A stretch of DNA of 64,000 nt, taken from an uncultured delta proteobacterium. GTDB taxonomy: Bacteria > Myxococcota > Myxococcia > Myxococcales > Myxococcaceae. Below are positions 37,549 through 46,642 of the stretch, piece after piece. The stretch is taken from contig CAVZMH010000019.1 in NCBI GenBank assembly GCA_963776345.1, positions 256,001 through 320,000 on the forward strand. The letters run 5' to 3'. Positions within the stretch are counted from its first letter, which is position 1, and each line of letters starts with the position of its first letter. The translations under genes were made by a program, and so were the position numbers. Under the pieces are notes generated by a model. The model worked only from the letters and a program-made list of their open reading frames with translations, was not told the DNA's origin and ran no database searches.

Positions 37549-38703
37549 CTAGCCGGGCGATCTCGCCGAGGTCTCGGCCCGTCGGGCCCGCGCCCACCGC
37601 TCGACCGCGCCCGTGAGCAGCGCCGCCGCGCCGGCCCGCGCTGCCGGATCCGACTCGCTCCACCCGGGCGGGCTGACCTGGATGGCGTCGTCGAACGGCA
37701 CGTCGCCCGCGAGCGCCTGCGGATCGATCCGCCCGGCGAAGGCCACCACCCGCGTGCCCGCCAGGCGGGCGCGCCGAGCCAGCTCGAGCGGTCCCTTCCC
37801 GCTCAGCGTCTGGGTGTCGAGCCGCCCCTCGCCGGTGAGGACCCAGTCGACGTCGGCCAGCTGCGTGTCGACCGCGAGCAGCGTGGCCAGGTGCTCGAAG
37901 CCGCGGCGAATCCGGGCGCCGCATCCGACGAGCAGCCCGTAGGCCAGGCCGCCAGCGGCGCCGGTCCCCGGGAGGTGCGCCGCGTCGACCCCGAGGTCCC
38001 GGACCACGATCTCGGCGAAGCGGGCCAGCGCCGCGTCGAGGAGCTCCACGTCCTCGGGCGATGCTCCCTTCTGCGGGCCGTAGACGTGGCTCGCGCCGGT
38101 GGGGCCGCAGAGCGGGTTCAGTACGTCGGTCATCACCGTCAGCTCGGCCTGCCGCACCGCCGGGTGCAGGTCGTCGGCGACGATGCGCGCGAGGCTCCGG
38201 AGCGCTGCGCCTCCCGGCGGCAGGGTGCGGCCCGCGGAGTCGAGGAAGCGGTACCCGAGCGCCTGGAGCGCGCCCACGCCGCCGTCGTTGGTGGCGCTGC
38301 CGCCCACGCCGATCAGGAGGGAGCGGACGCCGGACTCCAGCGCGTCGGCGATGAGCTCGCCCGTCCCGAGCGTGGTGGCGACCCGCGCGTCGCGCTCGGA
38401 CGGGTCCAGCAGGACGAGGCCGGAGGCGCGGGCCATCTCCACGACGCCTCCACCGGACCAGCTCGCCCACTGCGCCTGGAGCGGGCGCCCGAGCGCGTCG
38501 TGCGTCCACGCGGTGTGCCAGGTGCCGCCCAGGGCCTCCACCAGGGCATCGGCCGTCCCCGGCCCGCCGTCGGCGAGGGGAAGGAGGCGCACCTCCGCCT
38601 CGGGCCAGCCGCTCCGGACTCCGGCCTCGATCGCTCGAGCAGCCTGGCCGGCGGTGAGGCTTCCCTTGAACTCCAGCGGGGCGATGAGGATCCGGACGGT
38701 CAA
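37549..38703 (-). CDS. glxK: Glycerate kinase
   Basis: ILIAPLEFKGSL, ADGG.GT, GGSATNDGG.G, YGPQKGA, GAAGG and TGEG.LD.QT..GK motifs. Confidence 0.92.
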   Translation of the reverse strand: MTVRILIAPLEFKGSLTAGQAARAIEAGVRSGWPEAEVRLLPLADGGPGTADALVEALGGTWHTAWTHDALGRPLQAQWASWSGGGVVEMARASGLVLLDPSERDARVATTLGTGELIADALESGVRSLLIGVGGSATNDGGVGALQALGYRFLDSAGRTLPPGGAALRSLARIVADDLHPAVRQAELTVMTDVLNPLCGPTGASHVYGPQKGASPEDVELLDAALARFAEIVVRDLGVDAAHLPGTGAAGGLAYGLLVGCGARIRRGFEHLATLLAVDTQLADVDWVLTGEGRLDTQTLSGKGPLELARRARLAGTRVVAFAGRIDPQALAGDVPFDDAIQVSPPGWSESDPAARAGAAALLTGAVERWARARRAETSARSPG

Positions 38704-38812
38704 GGAATCGGGGCGGCGACGGGGACGATGGGTGGCGGAGGCTGGACGAGGTTGGCCGGCACCGAGTCGTCCACGCAGCGTGGCACCGGCCCCCGGGTGT
38801 CGCAACGTCGGC

Positions 38813-39334
38813 TCACGGCCCGGGCTCCTCGCACCAGACCGTCAGCGGGCGCGGCCCCGGCTCGTCCGGACGAACGCCGCGGGCGATGGTCTCCAGGCGC
38901 CGCTGCAGCCGGTCCATCTCCTCGGTCGGCTCCTTCCCCGGCCCGGTGGCGCGGTGACAGAAGTAGGTGCGGCAGCCGAGCGGTCGCGAGGCGTACACCG
39001 TGCAACGCCGCCCCTCGGCATCGAGGAACTGGCAGCCTCCGTCGGCCCTCGGCGGCGGGAGCTTGGGGACGACGCGGCGGAGCGCGTCCCACTCCACGCC
39101 CCAGAGCCAGGGCTCCCGCCCGCGCTTCGCGAGCTGGCAGCATTCGGCCGTGCCCGGGCACCGGAACCCTGCCCACGCCTGGTCGGCCTGGCGGTACAGC
39201 GTCTCCAGCGCGCGGGCCGCGGTGCGATCGGCGTGCGCGCGGCGGGCGCGACCGGGCGCCCAGCCGGGGCGGTCGTCGTCCGGGACGCCCGTCGAGGCGG
39301 CATCCGCGTCCAGCATCTCGTCGGGAGCCCTCAT
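38813..39334 (-). CDS. YkgJ-family cysteine-cluster (putative Fe-S) protein
   Basis: CPGTAECC...GCQFL...CTVYASRPLGCRTYFC pattern. Confidence 0.85.
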   Translation of the reverse strand: MRAPDEMLDADAASTGVPDDDRPGWAPGRARRAHADRTAARALETLYRQADQAWAGFRCPGTAECCQLAKRGREPWLWGVEWDALRRVVPKLPPPRADGGCQFLDAEGRRCTVYASRPLGCRTYFCHRATGPGKEPTEEMDRLQRRLETIARGVRPDEPGPRPLTVWCEEPGP

Positions 39335-39353
39335 GCGCGCCGCCCGGGCACGT

Positions 39354-39620
39354 TCAGCCTCCTCCCGGCCCGGGCAGCGCACCGGCACCGGAGCAGAACT
39401 GCGGGGTCGAGGCGCAATCGCCAGGGGCCATCGAGCCCGCGGGGCAGGTCCAGCCTCCCGGTCCGCAGACGGCTGGCGTCGTCGTGTCTCCGGTGCAGCC
39501 GCCGACGCAGCAGGAGATCGGCGTGGGCGTCTCGCAGGGACTGCCGCAGCCGGCGGCAGCGCTCCCGACCCACCACAGGGCCATCGTCCAGCTCCACCCG
39601 GTTCCCCCGCGGCCAGGCAT
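39354..39620 (-). CDS. Small Cys-rich lipoprotein (88 aa)
   Basis: ATG overlaps the rlmI stop (TGATG). Hydrophobic signal ending AAAGC, then 8 more Cys. Hidden at the end of shadow ORF 39354..40727. Confidence 0.7.
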   Translation of the reverse strand: MPGRGGTGWSWTMALWWVGSAAAGCGSPCETPTPISCCVGGCTGDTTTPAVCGPGGWTCPAGSMAPGDCASTPQFCSGAGALPGPGGG

Positions 39621-40894
39621 CAGTCCACCACGCGGAGCACGTAGAACTTGAGGTATCGCGTCTCGCGCAGCGCCGTCAGCACGGGATGGTCGCGGGACGC
39701 GCCTCGGCGCTCGACGATCTGCACCCGCCGCCGTGCGTCCGACGCCGCGGAGGCCAGTATCGCCTCGAAGCGCTCCTCGTCCACGTGGTAGGTGCAGCTG
39801 GCGGTCATGAGGATGCCCCCGGGGGCGAGCAGCTGCAGGGCCCGGAGATTGATCTCCTTGTACCCGCGGACCGCGGCCTCGATGGCGTCCTTGCTCTTCG
39901 CGAACGAGGGCGGGTCGAGCACGATGGTGTCGAACCGGCGCCCCTCGTCCACGGCGTCGCGGAGGAAGTCGAAGGCGTTCGCCGTCACCACCTCCACGTT
40001 CTGGAAGCCGTTGCGCTGCACGTTGCGCCGCAGCGACTCGCAGGCCTGCTCGGAGATCTCCACCGCGGTGACCCGCGTGGCCCGGGTGGCGAGCTGCAGC
40101 GCGAACCCGCCGAGGTAGGCGAAGCAGTCCAGCGCCTCCCCGCGGGCGTAGGTCGCGGCGAGCTCGTGGTTCTCGCGCTGGTCGAGGAACGCCCCGGTCT
40201 TCTGTCCAGTCTGCACGTCCGCCGAGACGCGCACCAGCCCCTCGGCGTACTCCACGCGCTCGGGTACCTCGCCCCGGAGCACCGCCCGGCGCAGCTCGAG
40301 TCCCTCCAGCGTCCGGACGTTCACGTCGGAGCGGTCCATCACTCCCGCGGGCCGGAAGTGCGCGACCAGGAGGTCGGTGAGCAGCTCCCGGCGCGCCTCG
40401 GTGGCCTGCACCAGGAACTGGACCGAGAGCACGTCGCCGTAGCGGTCCACCACCAGACCCGGGAGGAGGTCCGCCTCGCCGTGGACGGCCCGGTAGGTGG
40501 TCTCGCCCGGGTAGAGGGCGCGGCGCAGCGCATCGGCCTGCGCGATGCGGGCGGCGAGCAGCTCCGGTCCGACCACCACGTCCTCGAACGACACCCAGCG
40601 GAGCGAGATCTTCGATGTCGACGAGTAGAACGCCTTGCCCAGGAACCACCCGCGGGCGTCGACCACGCGCACCACCTCGCCGCCCTGGAGCGGCGGGAGG
40701 TGAAGCAGGTCCGCCCGGTAGATCCACGGATGGCCCGACTGCCAGCGCTCCGTGCCTCGCGGGCCGAGCGCAATCTGGGGCGTCCCGTCGGGGCCGGCCG
40801 CCGGAGGAGGAGGGAGCGGGCGCTGCGTGCGGGGGCCCCGTCGTGGGGGCCGCGGTGCTCGGTGGGGTCGGCTCGGCGGCGGCATGTCAGGCAC
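39620..40894 (-). CDS. rlmI: RlmI-like 23S rRNA m5C methyltransferase
   Basis: PUA domain GHPWIY, GEAD.LPGLVVDRY, GQKTGAFLDQREN, DPPSFAK and ASCT motifs. Confidence 0.88.
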   Translation of the reverse strand: MPDMPPPSRPHRAPRPPRRGPRTQRPLPPPPAAGPDGTPQIALGPRGTERWQSGHPWIYRADLLHLPPLQGGEVVRVVDARGWFLGKAFYSSTSKISLRWVSFEDVVVGPELLAARIAQADALRRALYPGETTYRAVHGEADLLPGLVVDRYGDVLSVQFLVQATEARRELLTDLLVAHFRPAGVMDRSDVNVRTLEGLELRRAVLRGEVPERVEYAEGLVRVSADVQTGQKTGAFLDQRENHELAATYARGEALDCFAYLGGFALQLATRATRVTAVEISEQACESLRRNVQRNGFQNVEVVTANAFDFLRDAVDEGRRFDTIVLDPPSFAKSKDAIEAAVRGYKEINLRALQLLAPGGILMTASCTYHVDEERFEAILASAASDARRRVQIVERRGASRDHPVLTALRETRYLKFYVLRVVD

Positions 40895-41825
40895 CCTCGA
40901 TGCGCCAGCAGCGGTGGACGTCGCGCTGGTGGAAGTCCGGCGGGAGGCTCCGCGGGGTCAGCTCCTCGATGCGCGCCGGCAGGCCCTCCGGCTCGAACCG
41001 GAATCCCTTGTAGTTGGTGGAGAAGTACAGCACTCCGCCCGGGGCGAGAAGGGCCAGGGCGCCCTCGAGGAGCCGGCGCTGGTCCCGCTGCACGTTGAAG
41101 TCGCCGCGCATCGCCTTGCTGGTGGAGTGCGCCGGGGGGTCGAGCACGATGAGGTCCCAGCGGGGCTTCTCCTGGGGGGCCTCGTCCATCCACCGGAGGC
41201 AGTCCGCCCGGACCAGCGCCTGCGTGGCGCCGGGGGTCACCCCGTTGAGCGCGAGGTTGCGTCCGGCCCAGTCGAGATAGGTCGCGGACAGGTCCACCGT
41301 GGTCGTGCTCCGAGCGCCGCCGGTCGCCGCGGCCACGGTGAAGCTGCCGGTGTACCCGAAGAGGTTCAGCATCCGCTTGCCGGCGCTCTCGGCGCGAACG
41401 CGGGCCCGGGTGTTGCGGTGGTCCAGGAAGAGCCCGCTGTCCAGCCGGTCCGAGAGGTTGACGATGAAGCGCATCGGGCCCTCCTGGACCTCGAACTCCG
41501 CGCCGGCATCGGCCAGCCGCCCGTACTGCGGACGGCCCCACGGCTGGGGGGCGTGCGTCTTGGTGAAGACCAGGCCCGGCTCGACCTCGAGCACCTCCAC
41601 CACGGCCTGGAGCACCGCCTCGCGCTCCGGGTGACCGCCGGCGGCGCGCTGCGCCCGGCGCGGGTACTCGACCAGGTGCACCGCCGGCCCGTACCGCTCG
41701 ACGACGAAAGGGTATTCCGGGATGTCCCGGTCGTAGACCCGCCAGGCCGTCACCCCGGCACGCTCCGCCCAGCGGCCGAGGTGCCGAGTGTTCTTCCGGA
41801 GCCGGTCGGCGAAGGCGGAGGACAT
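40887..41825 (-). CDS. RlmK-like (C-terminal half of RlmKL) SAM methyltransferase
   Basis: FADRLRKN, RVYDRDIPE, DSGLFLDHR, LNLFGYTG, DLSATYLDW, DPP and FSTN motifs. Confidence 0.85.
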   Translation of the reverse strand: MSSAFADRLRKNTRHLGRWAERAGVTAWRVYDRDIPEYPFVVERYGPAVHLVEYPRRAQRAAGGHPEREAVLQAVVEVLEVEPGLVFTKTHAPQPWGRPQYGRLADAGAEFEVQEGPMRFIVNLSDRLDSGLFLDHRNTRARVRAESAGKRMLNLFGYTGSFTVAAATGGARSTTTVDLSATYLDWAGRNLALNGVTPGATQALVRADCLRWMDEAPQEKPRWDLIVLDPPAHSTSKAMRGDFNVQRDQRRLLEGALALLAPGGVLYFSTNYKGFRFEPEGLPARIEELTPRSLPPDFHQRDVHRCWRIEGA

Positions 41826-41854
41826 GCAGGTGCTGGAGTGCTTACCCTCTCGCC

Positions 41855-42493
41855 ATGGCGACGCGCACCCCGAAGACCACGGCCGCGCCCTGGGTCCCGG
41901 ACCACGGAGGGCTCGCGGCGCTCCAGCACGCCTCGCAGGACTGCCGCGGCTGCGAGCTGTGGCGCAACGCCACCCGGACCGTCTTCGGCGAGGGCCCGGC
42001 GCATCCAGATCTCATGCTGGTGGGCGAGCAGCCCGGTGACACGGAGGACCTCGCCGGGCGTCCCTTCATCGGGCCGGCGGGGCGGGTGCTGGACGAGGCG
42101 CTGGCGGCGGTGGGCATCGACCGCGGCCGGGCCTACGTCACCAATGCGGTGAAGCACTTCAAGTGGGAGCGCGGCTCGGGGCAGCGGCGCATCCACGCCA
42201 GGCCGAACCAGGCGGAGATCCAGGCCTGCCGGCCCTGGCTGGAGGCGGAGCTCTCGGTGCTCGGACCGAAGGTCCTGGTCTGCCTCGGGTCCACCGCGGC
42301 ACAGGCGCTGCTCGGCGGCGCCTTCAGGGTGACGGTGCACCGGGGCGAGTGGGTCCCCTCGACGCTCGCGCCTCACGTCCTGGCGACGGTGCATCCGTCC
42401 TCGATCCTCCGGGCCCCGGACGAGGCGGCGAGGGTGGAGGCGATGCAGGCCTTCATCCGCGATCTCCGTCCGGTGGCGCGGCTCCTCGCTTGA
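41855..42493 (+). CDS. udgX: UdgX-family uracil-DNA binding protein
   Basis: CRGC.L Fe-S motif, GEQPG, TNAVKHFKW, R-loop RRIH and HPSS. Confidence 0.88.
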   Translation: MATRTPKTTAAPWVPDHGGLAALQHASQDCRGCELWRNATRTVFGEGPAHPDLMLVGEQPGDTEDLAGRPFIGPAGRVLDEALAAVGIDRGRAYVTNAVKHFKWERGSGQRRIHARPNQAEIQACRPWLEAELSVLGPKVLVCLGSTAAQALLGGAFRVTVHRGEWVPSTLAPHVLATVHPSSILRAPDEAARVEAMQAFIRDLRPVARLLA

Positions 42494-43376
42494 GGGGAGA
42501 CGCGCTCAGCATCATCTGGCTCCTGAATGCGACCGCCTCCTCCTCCCAGGCGTGGAGCGCCCGGAGGACCTCCTGGGCCTGGCGGTCGCGGTCGGTGCGC
42601 AGCCGGCGGAGCACCGCGTCCGTGCCCTGCGCGCCCCCGTCGCCGTGTGTGTCCACGAGGTCGACGCGCACGTCGGTGTCGTGGAGCGTGCCCAGGCTCT
42701 CCTGGAGCGGGACGATGCTCTCGAGGAGCTCCTGCACCTCGCCGGGCATCGCCGGCTCGAGCAGCTCGACCGCGTAGCGGAAGCGCTTCACCGTCTTCCG
42801 GAGCTCGTGCATCGGGGTCGGCGAGGGATCCTGCTGGGCGTCGACCACCCGCGCCTCGAGCACCTCCAGGTCCCCGATGAGCTCCCCCCGCAGCCGGTGG
42901 CCACCGAGCTTCCCCTTCGGCTCGAGCCGCTCCAGCCGCCCGAGGACCTCCAGGCCGCGCTGCTCCCAGCGAGGGATCGCCGCCGCCAGGATGTCCGCCT
43001 TCTCCGGCAGGCGGCCACCGAGGTGTTGCCGGACGTGCCGGAGCACGGTGCGCTCCAGCGGGCCCGCCCGGTCGCTCATCTGGCCGAAGGCGTCGAGCTG
43101 GACATGGAGGTCACGGACGTCGCCCAGCGCGTCCTGGAGCTCGCTGATGACGCGATCGGCCCGCCGCACCCGCTTCCCGTCCCCGAGCAGCGCGAGCGCC
43201 GCCCTCAGCCGTCGGCTCGCCACCCGGGCGTCGTGGACCGGGTCCGAGGCGAGGCGTGGTCCGAGCTTTGCCACGTGTCGCTGGAGGTCGGCCAGCCGGG
43301 TGGTGAGGAACGCGCGCGCGGCCTCGGACATGGGCGTCCCGGCGTCGAGGCCGCGAACGGGGGTGGGCTTGGCCAT
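42453..43376 (-). CDS. CHAD domain protein
   Basis: VHDARVASRRLR, LGDVRDLHV, MHELRKTVKRFRY and LQESLGTLHD motifs. Confidence 0.9.
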   Translation of the reverse strand: MAKPTPVRGLDAGTPMSEAARAFLTTRLADLQRHVAKLGPRLASDPVHDARVASRRLRAALALLGDGKRVRRADRVISELQDALGDVRDLHVQLDAFGQMSDRAGPLERTVLRHVRQHLGGRLPEKADILAAAIPRWEQRGLEVLGRLERLEPKGKLGGHRLRGELIGDLEVLEARVVDAQQDPSPTPMHELRKTVKRFRYAVELLEPAMPGEVQELLESIVPLQESLGTLHDTDVRVDLVDTHGDGGAQGTDAVLRRLRTDRDRQAQEVLRALHAWEEEAVAFRSQMMLSASPLKRGAAPPDGDRG

Positions 43377-43392
43377 TCGAAGGCTCTCTCCC

Positions 43393-44253
43393 TCAGCCTC
43401 TCTCCAGCGCGCGCATCTCCGCGTCGTCGAGGATGAGCGCCGCCGCGGCGACGTTCTCCTCCAGATGCTCCACCGACGACGTTCCGGGGATGGGCAGCAT
43501 CACCGGCGACCTCAGCAGGAGCCACGCCAGCGCCACCTGGGCCGGGGTCGCCGCGTGCTTCCCGGCTGCCCGGTCCAGCGCCCCTCCCGCCTTCGCCAGC
43601 GCGCCGGCCCCCACCGGATACCAGGGCAGGAAGCCGAGCCCCTCGCGCGCGCAGAGCTGGAGCACGTCCTCCGACGCGCGGTCGCCGAGGTTGTACCGGT
43701 TCTGCACCGAGACGATGGGCACCAGGGCCCGCGCGCGCTGCAGCTGCTCGACGCTGACGTTGGACAGCCCGATGTGCCGGATCTTCCCTTCCCTGCGGAG
43801 GCGGATCAGCTCGCCGAGCGAGTCCTCCATCGGGACGGCCGCGTCCACCGCGTGCAGCTGGTAGAGGTCGATGCGGTCGACCCGGAGTCGCCGAAGGCTC
43901 CCCTCGCAGGCCTGGCGCAGATGCTCCGGGCGCCCGTTCCGGTGCCACTGCCCCGGACCGCTGCGGGTCAGCCCGCCCTTGGTGGCGACGACCAGCCCCG
44001 CGGGGTAGGGGTGCAGCGCCTCGGCGATGATCGTCTCGCTCACCTCGGGCCCGTACGAGTCCGCGGTGTCGATGAGGTTGACGCCGAGCTCGACCGCCCG
44101 GCGGAGCACGGCGTGGGCGCGGGCGCGGTCGGGAGGGTCCCCCCAGATGCCCTGGCCGGTGAGTCGCATGGCCCCGAAGCCCATGCGGCGGACGACGAGG
44201 TCACCTCCGAGGGTCATCGAGCCGGCGGCGGCGGCGGGAAGTTCGGTGGGCAT
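43393..44253 (-). CDS. Aldo/keto reductase
   Basis: GFGAMRL, IDTADSYG, ATKGG, IDLYQLH, GLSNV and PIPGT motifs. Confidence 0.93.
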   Translation of the reverse strand: MPTELPAAAAGSMTLGGDLVVRRMGFGAMRLTGQGIWGDPPDRARAHAVLRRAVELGVNLIDTADSYGPEVSETIIAEALHPYPAGLVVATKGGLTRSGPGQWHRNGRPEHLRQACEGSLRRLRVDRIDLYQLHAVDAAVPMEDSLGELIRLRREGKIRHIGLSNVSVEQLQRARALVPIVSVQNRYNLGDRASEDVLQLCAREGLGFLPWYPVGAGALAKAGGALDRAAGKHAATPAQVALAWLLLRSPVMLPIPGTSSVEHLEENVAAAALILDDAEMRALERG

Positions 44254-44384
44254 CGGATGTCCTTTCAGCATGAATCGGCCGCGGAGAGCGAAGACCCGGG
44301 CGGCGTCTCCACCACGACCAGCACAGCTTCGCCCGTCCGCGCCGACAGACTGACCAGGTCTTTCATGCGATGGTCCCCGACGCC

Positions 44385-45527
44385 ATGCGCTTCGACACCC
44401 TCGCCATCCACGCCGGCCAGGAGCCGGATCCCACCACCGGCGCGATCATGACGCCGGTCTACCTCACCTCGACGTATGTGCAGGCCGGCCCCGGCGAGCA
44501 CAAGGGCTACGAGTACAGCCGGACCAGGAACCCCACCCGCACCGCGCTCGAGGGCTGCCTCGCCGCGCTGGAGGGTGCACGGTTCGGCGCGGCCTTCGCC
44601 TCGGGCTGTGCGGCCACCGACACCCTGATGCACCTGCTCGACAGCGGGGACCACGTCGTCTGCTCGGACGACGTCTACGGCGGCACGTTTCGACTGTTCG
44701 ACAAGGTCTTCAAGCGGCTGGGGCTGACCTTCAGCTTCGTGGACCTCTCCAAGCCGGGCACGCTCGAGGCGGCGCTGACGCCGAAGACCAAGATGGTCTG
44801 GGTGGAGACGCCGACCAACCCGACGCTGAAGCTCGTCGACCTCGCCCGGGTGGGGGAGATCGCCCGCGCCCGGAAGATCGTCTCGGTTTGCGACAACACC
44901 TTCCTCTCGCCGTACTTCCAGCGCCCGCTCGAGTTCGGTCTCGACGTGGTGGTGCACTCCACCACCAAGTACATCAACGGCCACAGCGACACCGTCGGCG
45001 GCTTCATCGCCACCAGCAACGAGGAGCTCGCCCAGCGCATCGCCTTCCTCCAGAACGCGGTGGGCGGGGTGCCCTCGGCGATGGACAGCTTCCTCGTGCT
45101 CCGCGGGGTCAAGACGCTCGGAGTCCGGATGGCGCGGCACGAGCAGAACGCGATGAAGGTCGCCGAGTTCCTGGTGGGCCAGAAGAAGGCCGGGCACGTG
45201 GTCTACCCGGGCCTGGCGAGCCACCCGCAGCACGCGCTCGCCCGGAAGCAGATGAAGGGCTTCGGCGGGATGCTCACCTTCGAGATCCAGGGCGGTCTCC
45301 CGGCGGCCCGGAAGTTCCTCAAGGGGGTCAAGGTGTTCGCCTGCGCCGAGTCGCTCGGCGGGGTGGAGAGCCTCATCGAGCACCCGGCGATCATGACCCA
45401 CGCCTCGGTGCCCCCGGAGACCCGGGCGGCGCTGGGCATCTCCGACGGGTTCATCCGGCTGTCGGTCGGCATCGAGGACGTCCAGGACCTCATCGACGAC
45501 CTCTCCCAGGCGCTCGCCCAGGCCTGA
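44385..45527 (+). CDS. Cystathionine gamma-lyase/gamma-synthase (Cys/Met PLP family)
   Basis: YEYSRT.NPT, DVYGGT, ETPTNP, DNTF, HSTTKYINGHSD, ESLGGVESL and IRLSVGIE motifs. Confidence 0.93.
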   Translation: MRFDTLAIHAGQEPDPTTGAIMTPVYLTSTYVQAGPGEHKGYEYSRTRNPTRTALEGCLAALEGARFGAAFASGCAATDTLMHLLDSGDHVVCSDDVYGGTFRLFDKVFKRLGLTFSFVDLSKPGTLEAALTPKTKMVWVETPTNPTLKLVDLARVGEIARARKIVSVCDNTFLSPYFQRPLEFGLDVVVHSTTKYINGHSDTVGGFIATSNEELAQRIAFLQNAVGGVPSAMDSFLVLRGVKTLGVRMARHEQNAMKVAEFLVGQKKAGHVVYPGLASHPQHALARKQMKGFGGMLTFEIQGGLPAARKFLKGVKVFACAESLGGVESLIEHPAIMTHASVPPETRAALGISDGFIRLSVGIEDVQDLIDDLSQALAQA

Positions 45528-45601
45528 TTCCGGGCGGTTCCGTCGACCTACCGGGCGGTCGGCTTGCACGCGGCCGCCCAGGTGGGCTAGCTCTGCAGTC
45601 C

Positions 45602-45688
45602 GTGGTCATCCAGCACCATCACCATGCGCACCATCGGCACGGGCCCGTCGGGTCGGTGCACGCGCATGGCGGTGTGTTCGCTCACTGA
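45602..45688 (+). CDS. His operon leader peptide (HisL-like, 28 aa, 10 His)
   Basis: GTG at 45602 gives (M)VIQHHHHAHHRHGPVGSVHAHGGVFAH, with the stop 96 nt before hisG. A TTGCAC -35-like box lies at 45564. Confidence 0.8.
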   Translation: MVIQHHHHAHHRHGPVGSVHAHGGVFAH

Positions 45689-45780
45689 CCCGCCCCCGCT
45701 GACACCGAAGAATCCCGACCGGGCCCTCCAGGCAGCCGCATCCCTGCGGCGTGCCTCGAGGGCCCTTCGCATCTGGAGAA
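45641..45780 (+). promoter_or_regulatory. Attenuator-like alternative RNA structures of the his leader
   Basis: 19-bp GC hairpin at 45721-45765. Competing pairing of 45641-45652 with 45714-45726, plus nested 45670-45675/45702-45707. Confidence 0.65.
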
Positions 45781-45784
45781 GCAC

Positions 45785-46642
45785 ATGCTGCGCATCGCAC
45801 TACCGAACAAGGGCAGGCTGGCCGAGGACGTCAGAGGTGTCTTCGCCGACGCGGGCCTGGAGATCCGCGCCCGTGGCGAGCGGGCGCTCACCGCATCGCT
45901 CGGCGGCGAGTTCGAGGCCATCTTCGTCCGGAGCCAGGACATCCCCGAGCTGGTCTCGGACGGCGTGGCCGACGCGGGCGTCACCGGCTGGGACCTGGTC
46001 TGCGAGACCGGCCGGCCGGTCGACGTCCGGCTGGACCTCGAGTTCGGCCGCTGCCGGCTGGTGCTCGCCACCCGGGACGACTCGGGCATCGAGCGGGTGG
46101 AGCAGCTCCCGGCCGGGACGCGGGTGGCCACGGTCTTCCCCCGGCTCGCCAAGTCGTTCTTCGCCGAGAAGGGGCTGGCGGTGGAGGTGGTGCCGGTCTC
46201 CGGCGCGGCGGAGGTCGCGCCTCACCTGGGCATCGCCGACGTCGTCGTCGACCTCACCAGCACCGGGAGCACGCTCCGTACCAACGGTCTCAAGGAGGTC
46301 TGCACGCTGATCGAGTCGAGCGCGCGCCTCATCGCCCGTCCCGGCCTGGCTCCCGAAAAGGCCCGGGCGCTGAGCGAGCTGGAGGACGCGCTCGGCTCGG
46401 TGCTCCGTGCGCGCGGGAAGCGATATCTCATGGCCAACGTGCCGCGCGCCAGGCTGGAGGCGGTGCGGGAGGTGCTCCCGGGCCTGAGCGGGCCGACGGT
46501 CATCGAGCTGTACGGCGGCGGGGCCCTGGTGGCGGTGCACGCGGTGGTCGCCGAGGCCTCGCTCTACCGGACGGTGGCCGCGCTGAAGGCGCTCGGCGGC
46601 GAGGGCATCCTGGTCACCCGCATCGAGAGGCTCCTGCCGTGA
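45785..46642 (+). CDS. hisG: ATP phosphoribosyltransferase (long form)
   Basis: IALPNKGRL, R.QDIP, GVTG.D, LEFG.CRL and D...TG.TL..N.L motifs, plus the C-terminal regulatory domain. Confidence 0.96.
   Translation: MLRIALPNKGRLAEDVRGVFADAGLEIRARGERALTASLGGEFEAIFVRSQDIPELVSDGVADAGVTGWDLVCETGRPVDVRLDLEFGRCRLVLATRDDSGIERVEQLPAGTRVATVFPRLAKSFFAEKGLAVEVVPVSGAAEVAPHLGIADVVVDLTSTGSTLRTNGLKEVCTLIESSARLIARPGLAPEKARALSELEDALGSVLRARGKRYLMANVPRARLEAVREVLPGLSGPTVIELYGGGALVAVHAVVAEASLYRTVAALKALGGEGILVTRIERLLP

Noticed and set aside
44272..44384. SAM riboswitch upstream of the cystathionine gamma-lyase/synthase
   Set aside because: No SAM-I landmarks (ATC.AGAG, GCAACC, GTGC.AA) are recognisable, and the region is a short divergent promoter gap.
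45721..45775. Classical intrinsic terminator in the his leader
   Set aside because: The hairpin is strong but has no U-tract (TTCGCAT follows), so it is reported only as an attenuator-like structure.
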